NCBI RefSeq assembly: GCF_018977255.1
Contig: NW_024704763.1
Location: 6,882,001-6,946,000 of the forward strand
DNA: 64,000 bases
Direction: 5' to 3'
Origin: Callorhinchus milii
Lineage: Eukaryota
Part shown: positions 48,444-59,056 of the stretch, piece by piece
Layout of the letters: each line of letters opens with the position of its first letter
Position numbering within the stretch: position 1 is the stretch's first letter
Made by a program: the position numbers and the translations under genes
Notes under the pieces: generated by a model
Databases searched by the model: none
The model's input: only the letters and a program-made list of their open reading frames with translations
Told to the model about the DNA's origin: nothing

Positions 48444-51400
48444 TCCCTCCAGAACACTTGTCCTCCTGTCCTGCCATCACAGCACCGAGCTGCTTTTTTC
48501 AATGAACCCCCAATGCTATCTATCTGATATTTACTCCCTAAATGTGCACGATAATGAAGCACGTTATAACACAGTTTGTACACACCCAGGCACGTTCCTG
48601 CAGGGCGGGCTGAGTTAGGATCAGTAGCTGGGAACCTGACTGGGTTTGATCCTCTCTTGTCCAGGGGCAGCAAAGCCAATTAGCGAGTTCCTACCACCAG
48701 CACCATGGCTGAGATCATCTTTATTCTTTCATTTCGGCCTTGGAACATTGACTTGTTCCGTTTTTTTTTCCACCCGCTTTTAATCTTTTCCAATAACTTT
48801 ATGTCTCTATGATTCCCGACTCGAAAGGATGCAAACATTAATAAATGAATGAATATTCATCAATGTCTTCGGACGAGCACCAGACTAATTGCAGCATTTT
48901 AATTGAAATAGGATTTGCTATAAAGTTCAATTGATTCTTGTATGTTTAATCTTGGCAGCAAGGAATGTTCGCAGTTGACTTCATTTGCATAGAAATGAAT
49001 TAAAAAAATTTTTTCTACACACACACACGGTACAGATTTTTTAAACACTAGAATCAGCCACTGCGTTAGCAGTTCAGCTGATGTAGAAATAGAGGGAAGA
49101 AAGAGAACCAGAGAGCTTTGTTCTGCTGTGTGCACTCTTGGCCAGACAGGGCTCTTGACACTTGAGCACCCCCTCCCCCCCGCCATCATTGTACTTAAGG
49201 GTATCCAAACCAAACCGTTGAGAGTTACACAAACACACACGCGTTGAAATTTCCATCGGTCTGGGATGGAGTGCACTGTCTTCACCCACCCTGCTCCTCT
49301 ATCCCATATTGATGCAGGCTGGCAAGAGCTTGGGCTCTGGTGTGTGTTGGGGGGTAACTGCTGGAGTTTAACTACACCAGGTATCAATTTCATTGCTGTT
49401 GGTAGTGGAGATGATGGCCAGAGGGGTGGCTAACATGTATCGTGTGCACTAACTGTCTTGCAGTTCTCACTAATGCACAACACAACTGTACATTGAAATC
49501 CCATTATAGGTTTATTTCTCCTAGGGGGAGTGAGTGTGTGCTCTGAAAGCTAGGACGAACGGAGATTGCTGGTGGCACTGTGAATTAAGGCATTGCCCAG
49601 TGAGGGATTGAGCTATGTAGCCACTGTGAGCCGTGGATTTTGTTTGTCAGTCTGTGCTAGGTTAGCTGATCGCTGACAAGGCTTGGCTAGGTGGCCTGGC
49701 AAAAGTGTGATGTGCGGGCGTTGTGTCCACTGAGTGTGCAGGCGATCAGCAGAAATATTTGCCTAAAAGTGCGGGGCATTAGATGGAAAGTGCCGAGGGT
49801 TGGTCGTTGCTATTCAGATACACATTTTGTGAAACTACCCAGATTAAAACTATAGGCATTTGTTTCCTGAACATGTAGTTATGTTTAAAATACTAAAAAT
49901 GGTAATTTGAATAATATAGCACTTACCAAGAATTCATTGCAAGAGATCAGTTTAAGTAAAGCCTGGACTGAGTTTAAAGTTCCAACGTGGGGCTTGAACC
50001 CACAACCTACTGATTCAGATGTGAGCATGATGGCAACTTAACCAGGCTGAGAAATATTGATGCTGGTGCACTGGTGCGGTTTGTATTCGCAACGACATGG
50101 AGATTATGGTTTGGGTAATGTATGTTTAGGTCTAAATGACATTGTGATAGTGAGTTAAGGACCGTTTGTGATCCAACCTGGATAGCCAATGTGGTGCTGG
50201 GATTGGGAGACCAGTTGAACACGTAGCTTTCAAGGAGCTTCTGAGGAAAACAGAAATGCTGCACAAAGTTGATTAGATTAGAAACCATAAATGATGGAGG
50301 TCGTGGGCTGGGCAATTGAACAGAATGGCAGAGTGTTGAGTTATTGATCCAAAGGCAGCCTGAAAATGAAACCTTGTAGTGGAAGAGCTGTAGGGATTGA
50401 GGCTTAGACCCTTGTTTTGACAAGCAAGTTTATGCTAATTGTTGAGATATTGGAATGCCTGCCTTGGTTTCATTTGGAGTCACTCAATCCATCAACTTAG
50501 CTTCAATTTGTTAAGACAGTACACACGTACATCCATTATTGCCCTTCGATCATCCCTTTAAAGAAGTAATTACTCACTTGACATTGATGAGGAGAATAAA
50601 TCTTTCCCTGCGAGTTTCTTTGGAACCAGCAAATGGTAAGAACTAGAGCATGTCATCGTGGTGACACTGACTTACAGCAGTTCTCTCGCAAGCGTGAAAG
50701 ACTCATAACTCACCAGCTCTTTGTGTGAGCTCCGCACTTCAGAAACCCTTCAGGAAACATCTCTATTGTAACTAAAGTGTCCCAACCCTTCCTATTCTTT
50801 GCCCTTGATCGTTCCGTAAGAGAGAGTTTTAAACTCAGAGACCTCCATTGTTCGCTGAGTTGCACTTGAATTTTCAAGTCTTCCTCTCAAGTGAAGTTAC
50901 CTTCCCATTCTTGTTCATCTACGATTTTGATTCTACACCCATCAATTACCACACCTCTAACCTCCGGAACCCCTCCATCTCGCACCCCCTCTCTATCCGA
51001 CTTAGGTCCTGCCTTAAAACATAACGTTTCGACCATACCTATGCTCGCCTCCCCTTTCCCCTCTCCTTACTTGGCATTTGATCCCCATCTTTGTAAAATA
51101 TTCCGAAACATTATCCGACATGAAGGGCACAATATAAATATAAAATGTAAAACAAGCCACAGGTAAGCAATTTATTGTTGCTGTTTATTGCTTACTTCTG
51201 GCCTGCTTTACATTTGCTTCTTCTGCCTTGTAATTTTTTTTTCGCTGCGGCCTCCAGTAAGAATGCACTGAGAGAAGTGAACCTACAATGACCCTGCCCT
51301 AACGTATTACAAAATGGTGGTGAAACGCACAAGAGAGAGAGAATTATCCACGTTAATTGGGACCTACTCCGTACAGGGTGGATAAGCAAACATTATGGAT

Positions 51401-52157
51401 GGTTGGACATTTCCCAAAGTGTAAATTGGCTACAGGGCAAACAAAAACATTCTTCCAACAAATGTGTATTGATGCCACAGGACCACAGTCCTCTCTTCCT
51501 CTGTGATTTCTCTCACTCTCTCACTGTGTCTTGTTCTCTAGCTTCTATCCCTTCACTATACAAAAGTAAGTATTATGTTTAATAACTCACCTTCCTAGCA
51601 GGGCAAAATGAAGTCCAGGCAGTAAAGTTGTGCACTCTATTCCTTGCACATTAATGAGCAACCTGCCAATTTATCTCGTAGCCCCAAACCCACTTTCATA
51701 TTGCACTTAAATAGGCGTGCGGATAACTGGATGTGCGCTCTACTGTAGTCTCAAATCCAGGTTACAGCCCCCACTTTTTAGACCCTTGTATCTGCATCCG
51801 TGTTTGAATGACTCATCCTTGTTGAATCCAAACGGGTTAAGTGTTGGAGGCTTGCTTTTTAAAACGTTTAAGGGGTTTTGCACTCCAATCTGAATACAGA
51901 ATTTCAAACAGGTATGATTAAATTTACCAGAAACAAAATTGTATTATATACGCTGCTGACATTAAAGTTTTACGTTTTGAAGGTAAGCAAATATGTCTTC
52001 AAGACTGATGAGTAGGGAATATTCCTATACGAATTTTAATGTGCACGTCAACAGGCGTGGGAGACTGCTGCTTAAATACTTGTGAAATGGGATCCTGAAG
52101 GAAGGCAAAAATGGTTCATAAAAACTGATGAACTGCATCTGAAAGATAGACAGTCTG

Positions 52158-52265
52158 GTGTGTGAGTGTCTGTGTGTGTATGTGTATGTGTATGAGTGTG
52201 TGAATGTGTGTGTGTATGTGTATGGGTGTGTGAATGTGTGTGTATGTGAATGAGTGTGTGAATAT

Positions 52266-52296
<31 letters not shown>
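52158..52296 (+). repeat. Imperfect (TG)n microsatellite
   Basis: Read directly from the sequence. Confidence 0.95.
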
Positions 52297-52779
52297 AAGG
52301 AAAGAGTTTGAAAAATGAATAGAGGGCATCCTGAGTACTTTGCTGAAAAATTATGATGGCATCAATAGTTATAAACTAAACACGGCATTATTAAATTTAA
52401 TGTATTCTGCACGCATGTGTATGTGTGTATAATTACTTGGATCGACCAGATTTACAGCGAGCTTGCTAAATATTAAAGGATTGGTTTTTTACTGTTTCCG
52501 CGTCCCTGTGTGTAAAAACAAAATTGTGTGTGTGTGTGTTCGTATGTGTAAAAGACACAGTGGAGTCTAAATTTCTGCTTGTTCCAATTATCAATCCCAA
52601 AACTACCTATGCAAGTATTATCCTTCTTTGCCCGTTGTTTCCAGAATCCGTGGCCAAGAGACACTCTGATCAGGAATTCACAGCACCTCTGTAGAAATCA
52701 CCTGCTTTCATTTAAGAATAGGTTATTTGGTTATTAAGCCTGCTTCTTCCACAGAGTGCACGATACCAATCTCTCACCT

Positions 52780-53030
52780 GCAATGTTCCTCAGAGCTCTA
52801 TCCTTGGTCCTCCCCTCTTTCTCAACTATACACTGTCTACACTTAGTCATGATCCCTAGGCAAAGGATCCACTTTTCCACCTGTCAACTGGTGACCTGCA
52901 CCCACTTCGTCTCTGCCTCCACCCTCGACTCCAGGACCATTGCTGCCCTCACTGACTGCTTGTCAGGCATCTGGATGAACCTCGACATCCTTCAGGTGAC
53001 TGGCCGCAGAAATGAAGCCTTGTTGCTTGG
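52780..53030 (+). mobile_element. Degenerate L2 RT fragment
   Basis: gttcctcagagctctatccttggtcc is VPQGSILGP-like, and STLDSRTIAALTDCLSGI matches the reverse complement of 59930-60000. Confidence 0.75.
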
Positions 53031-55119
53031 CTCCCTCCATCGTTGCCTGCCCCATGTCTGGCTCCGAATATATCAAACTCCTCCAGTTGCTCACTGTAGC
53101 TCACAGAGCTACACACATTAGCTCACAGATTAAATGCATAATCTCACCTTTCCTCCCGCACCATCTCCCACCCTGCTCGGGCTCCCATTCCGTCTCTGTA
53201 CAGAGTTTTGGAACAGTTCCCCTCCCGAATGGTGCTACAAGTTGTTGTTGTTCCATTTCTCCCTCTGACCATATCCCCCGCTCCCCCACTCCCTCTGCCT
53301 CAACGTCCAACTATGTAGAAACCAGTGCCCCTTTCATTTGGTCCTGGTGAATACCTGCCTATAAACTGATGCAGATAAAGTCAGCTAGGGTACACATCTC
53401 CAAAACACTTGAGATTGATGTCTTCTGAAACCCTCTGTGAGACTGCAACAACAACAATAAATTACATGTTTATAGCACCTTTCATGTCGGGAGGATGAAC
53501 CAAAGCGCTGAAATTACAGTCCTGAAATCGTTTACTTCTGTTAGTTTTTCTGTTCTGTGTATTTGATGGGAGCAAGGTCTGAGCAGGCAAAATAGCACTA
53601 TTATTTCTTGAGAGTAAACAGAAAAACAGCTTCAGAATTAAGTCAGCATTTAAGATTTTGCCAAATTCTGCACACCTTGAAATGCTAAGAGAGGGGAGTG
53701 AACCAGGTGGAATTTATACCGCAGGTTGAAATCTGGATTTGTCCTTTCATTGTAATGCTGTCAGGAGTACAGCACATAGCAGCAGCAGCAGCAGCAGCCA
53801 GCACGCACACCGCCTGTAATTAACATGGAATCACATCCACCCTGAAAGGATTAACAACTAATGTAATGACTGCAACTTTAGGGAGTGCTAATCTGTAGCC
53901 GATTACAAGGAAGTAACCCAGACAATATATTAATCTATTATATGTGTTTGTGTGTGTTTGTGTGGGTGTCTGTGTGTCTGCGAGGTGAGTGTGTGTATGT
54001 GTGTGTGGGGTACCAATGGGTTGTTGTGCGGAGAGGAATGGGGGACTGTAACAAGGAATATGTTGAGAGAGCTGGAAAGCGAGAGTAGTTTAAAAACAAG
54101 TGATTGAGGCAAACAAGCAGCAGTGATGTTCAGAAAAATTCCAAGTTCCATTCAAAGCATCTACAGTCATAGATGTGGAAAATCGGCTGTGAATTTGAAT
54201 CCTGTTCTGTGTTCTAATAATGTAACTGGATACATGCTTAAATTCTGCTGAATTTAACTTGATAACCCATTAAAAGTGCAGCAGACTTTATTATGCATGA
54301 ATCTCGCAGGTAAGATTCCACCTGGCTCTAGGTTTACTGTATTTAGACTCATGTGGAGTATAAACAGCAGCTCAGACTGGTTGTGCCGAGTGGCCTGTTT
54401 CCGTGCTGTACATTCTTTGTAAGTATTACGTAGCATTTCAATGCTCCCAGAATTTGTCAACTTGTTGAATTCAGTCTTAATTATGAAGCCATTTTTCCGC
54501 AAGTTTGTTTAAGAAACTCCAGAGAATGGCTTTCAAAGTTAAGATCAAATTCGACAACTTGCCAAATTCCTGTTGCTCGGAAATTCTACGTAAATTAGAG
54601 TGAATCCAGACCCTGCTGGAATTTTTACTGCACTCGGTCTTGTAAGGCTTTGTGAATCGTTTCAATTAGGAGCTCAAGTCGTTGCGTTATTGCACAGGGC
54701 AGCAATGTGACACGATTTTGGAACGATCAGTAACTTCACTCTGCTGTACTTCGCTCTGCAATGCTTTGTGTTAAATATTGAGCTTTGACAGCCCTCATCA
54801 TTCATGTGGGAGATTCAAATGCACAGCTACTGACTGGCTACATGCAATCAAGCTGCCCCTTTACCTGTTATTACTGGGCTCTTCCAGTGACCTGATGAGA
54901 AAAGCCCAGTGTCGTGATCAGCCATTGCAGACCGGTAAGAAACCATCTGTCAGCTGGCCTCAGTTTGGTGGCAGTCCCTAAGGTTAGGGAGGAGAACATT
55001 AGCCAGGGTTCCTGCTTCTAATCTGATTTAAACTCTACAGAGCTGTATTGGAATATTTTGTGTGTATGTGTGCGTGTGAGTGATCCTGCCAGCAAACCAA
55101 ATGAATCCTTTATTATATT

Positions 55120-55475
55120 AATAATAATTATTAATCCTTGCCCTTGATGTAACAGCTTATTACATTGCTGTCAACATCTCCAAGTGGTTTGCAAGCCTTC
55201 ACTGCAAACCCAGCCGCCAGTTTGCACCCAGCCTCCCCACAAGCAGTGAGTGACCAATTTTATCTGGGGTGGGTAAGGGTTGTTGGCTAAGAGGACATCA
55301 TCTGAAAATCCCATCCGAAAGATGGCACCTCTGATGATGCAATGAACCCCCAACCTAGACTGTGAGCTCAAAGTCCCAAAGTGGGACTTGAAGCTAAAAC
55401 CTTCTGTCTCAACAATAACAACGACTTGACTTATATAATCCTCTGTTTCAGAGAGTGCTACCAACTGAGCCAGGA
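55120..55475 (-). mobile_element. DeuSINE-like element with a tiny L2 tail inserted in its head
   Basis: catccgaaagatggcacctc...gagctcaaagtc...gagagtgctaccaactgagccagg. Confidence 0.75.
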
Positions 55476-55883
55476 CACCATTTGGGTCAGGTTGCAAAAG
55501 AGACCCGTACCACAATAAAAATGCCTAAATGCCACATGCCTTAAAAAAACACACAAAGTAACTGAGATTTGTACAGTGGCTAAATATTATGGTACAGCTC
55601 TTCCAACTTGAATATTCCTGAGCGACCATTGTCTTGTTTATACGATTGTGGAAGAAGACTATTCTTACAGTTATTAAATCCAAATTGTAATAATCGGTTT
55701 ACAAGTCTTATTTCTGGATTGAAAATTATTCCTGTCGTGAAATCTCCTGGGACTGGGTTAACTTGGCGAATGCTTGTGTTTTTTTTCAATTTAATCTTTC
55801 TATTAATCCTATTTCTTATTTTTTTATATAAATAGTCCTCCATCATGTGAAGAAAAACACAAGCGCAGAGATAAGGCCTCGCA

Positions 55884-56343
55884 GTGTGTGTGTGTGTATG
55901 TGTATTTGTTTATGTGTGTGTGTGCTTGGGGAGGAGGGGGGAGAATCTATGCCTGAGGGTGTGTGGCCTGTGTGTGTGTGTCTGGTCGGTGGGGAGAGGG
56001 GCGAGGTGGAGGAGAAGTGGACGTCTGTACTACATTAATAATAGCCCCATTTTTGTGTTGTATCTATTCCTGTATTTTGCTTTTAAAAATGATCCTTTCT
56101 GTTTTTAATCTCTCAATCTCCAAAATTCGGTTTCATGGATAATTCTATTTTCCTTTTACTTTCTCTCTTTTTCTGTCTTTTCTCTCGCATATTTTTCTCT
56201 CTCTCTAACTCTAGACACATTCTCTCTCTCTCTCTCTCTCACACACACCCACACATTCATTCTTTCACATTCTCTCTTTCTCGCACACATACATTTTCTC
56301 TCTCTCACACACACACGCGCACACACTGTGTCTTTCACACACA
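55884..56343. repeat. (TG)n-rich block followed by a (CT)n/(CA)n-rich block
   Basis: TG-rich at 55884-55980 and CT/CA-rich at 56150-56343. Confidence 0.85.
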
Positions 56344-57576
56344 TTCTGCCTTTCTCAGTGGATCGACTGTCAGATGTGCAGTTTATGGGGTTGGGGTGGG
56401 TGGGGAAGGGAGGATTTGATGCAGTGTGAATCCTGCAGCTCCTGAGCCCAACCTGACCGAGAAGCGACTTTGCCTCCGTCCGCAGTGTGAGTGCAGCGGG
56501 CGAGAAAACCAGCTGAACTCGCTCTCTTTGACCCGCTCTGAGATAGTCCAGGGGCACAGGTTAACTCCCGCGGCTAACCGGAGTCCACCACGCCACTGTT
56601 GCTTCAATAACATCTAAAATAAACCTCGCCACAGTTTTGGTACCCTGTGCTGTGAGCGATCGGAAATTAGGAAGGGAGAAGGTGTGTGTGTGTTGTTTTT
56701 CTAATTTCACATTCCAGTGTTGTAATTCACTGAGCAGCAGACGTATCAATCGGCTTTGTTGCCAGCGCTATGAACGTAACATAAGGATATATAAAAAACA
56801 CACACAACATATTTGGTTCCCTTCTGTTGGCTGACACACACACCCCCAGCTGCAAGTTAAAGCCGCAGTGCTCCTGTAGTAACCTCAGAGTCTCCTGTTC
56901 ATTTTAATGCGTGAATCTAACCGTTGTTTCTTGCGCATTGTAACTGTGTGTGAACTAAACACTGCGGGGTCAACACACCCTGCAGTAGTAAACAGCCAGA
57001 TAAGGAACCTAATTCTGATATTTTCCCCCATGGAGCATAATTAGGAAACAGATGGGTGTTAAATTGCGCTGAAAGTGAATGATAAATATTTCCCTTTGTT
57101 GGGCTGTGCCTAGTGGGGATAGGGTGACAAGGCCGCCCATCATCTATTTGGGGACAAACACATCTGAGAGCAGGTCGGTTTACAGCGCTCGCCTCAGTAT
57201 CCAGTACAACGATCTGTTATCTAAGTTTGAAGGTTAAGGCACCTCAAACAATGGTAACAGCTGCCGCGAGCTGTCAGGGAGCTCTCACCTGCAGTATTGA
57301 GACCTGCACTTTCTGCTCATTTATCAAGATTATTGAAACAGAGATATGTAAATGTTTGCTCGGGAGGAGAGATCAAGCTTTTTGGAGGCGATAAGGAAAT
57401 GACCTGTTTACTTAGCCAGGCTGACTCCCAGCTTGGGTTTTGTGTACTAGTCTTGTCGATGAGCCTTTTCCTTTCAGCTGTATCTCCGCTATTTGCTCGC
57501 ATGATTCCAGTCCAGCGACCAGTCAAACTGACTTGTCTTGTCTTGTCTGTGCCTGGTTTTTCACAAGATCGGTTCA

Positions 57577-57915
57577 GATGAAGAAGGCCCTTCGGCCCAT
57601 TTGATCTCACCTGTCTAGAATTCTCATCACAGCATCAAGCTGTTTTTTTTTCAAATTAGTCCCAGCGGCCTCATCTCCTCCCTCCTGTAACCTCTTCCAG
57701 TCGCTAATTACTCTTGGAGTAAAGGAATACTTCCTGATGTCTGGCCTGAAATTGCCCTTTGCAACTGTAACCTGTGTCTTGTTATACTGCCTCGATACAC
57801 CTGAAAGTATCGTTCAGGGTTTACTTTTCCAATCCCATTTAAAATCGTATACACCTCTATGAGGTCCCCTCTTAAGATGTGTCTTTTTGAGACTGAAAAG
57901 CCATAGCTTGTCCAA
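57577..57915 (-). mobile_element. CR1 3' fragment
   Basis: gaagaaggcccttcggcccat tail, then tacttcctgatgtc and atacacctctatgaggtcccctct (RGDLIEVY on the minus strand). Confidence 0.8.
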
Positions 57916-58024
57916 TTGTCGCTTACTAGTAAGATCTGGGGTGAAGCAGGTTAATGAGCTGGAGCAAGAAAAATCCTTGAAGAAAGGAAGAGCAAGAGGG
58001 AAAAAATAGCTGAACTACAAAGTG

Positions 58025-58215
58025 ACTTGAGATCTTTAATGTCCACCTGAATAGGCAGATGGGACTCCGGCTTAACTTCTCCTCCAAAGGACAGCATCCC
58101 CATGACAATTCAGTGCACCCCAGCACTGGAGCGCTAGCCTAGACTGTGAGGTCCCCAACGTGGGGACCTTCTGATTAAGAGGCGAGAGTGCTTACCATCT
58201 GAGCCAGGCTGACAT
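58025..58215 (-). mobile_element. DeuSINE 5' half
   Basis: gatctttaatgtccacctgaataggcagatggg...gaggcgagagtgc...tgagccaggctgac. Confidence 0.8.
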
Positions 58216-59056
58216 CAAATGTAAGACCTACAGCTCCCACACATGCACTGTAAAGTCTCCTGTCATCGTGTATGCAGTGTGTAGTACAAGGTTATTCCCA
58301 GAAGGAACCTGACTTTAATACCACAGAATCCTCGTCAGTTTCATGACAATTTCATAAGTTACGAAATGAACAACAGGTGATTTGTAGCTAACCTTCACGG
58401 CATCAATCTGGGGTTTTATTTGAATCCAGGCCCCAGCAACGAAAGGACAACTTTCCCCAGACACTAATGACAATTCTACATCACTGAAAATCCACATTCC
58501 CCTCGTGGGATACAGGGGCAAAGCCATACAGATACCGAGGTTTCTCATAAAACCAGCGGGGCTGGAAATCCACAGGATTCAATCAGCACGAGGATCACTG
58601 ATGGACACCTTGAATAACTCTGCTTTTGTTAGAGTTTGGACTGGGGAATGATTTCTTTATCGGAGAGGGGAGGAGGACAAGGGGAACCGACTTGTAAATG
58701 GAGTATAAACCCCAGCAGTAAGGCGAATTGCCTGTTTCCAAGCCTTAAAGTTCTATGTCATTTTAGTACGTACGACAAAGGGACACAGGGTTGAGCTCAG
58801 TTCAAGTTTAATTATTTTTACAAACACAAAGAGGGAGAGAGACGGAGTGCTGGTGGTGTGGAATAGATGTATGTGGAACATACTAACCAGGGAGGCAGTT
58901 CATGTCCTCAAATTCAAGGAGGTAATAGCAATTTGATAAAGAATCCAAGGGAGAGGTGTGAGAGAGAGAGTTGTATGATCATTTTATTTTGGGACCATTA
59001 ATAAAAATTCTTGTATTTGATATCATGTTTTTTTTTACACGTCAGAAGGACGGCTC

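Noticed and set aside
51160-54316. AG|GTAAG motifs (~51162 and ~54310) as recursive splice sites
   Set aside because: They lack a preceding polypyrimidine tract and are expected by chance in 40 kb.
21560-56700. (UG)n tracts as a CELF autoregulatory array
   Set aside because: (CA)n tracts also occur on the same strand and such microsatellites are common genome-wide, so there is no convincing strand bias by eye.
57570-57600. ttcag|ATGAAGAAGGCC as possible exon 3
   Set aside because: It is the reverse-complemented CR1 tail and the peptide does not match CELF.
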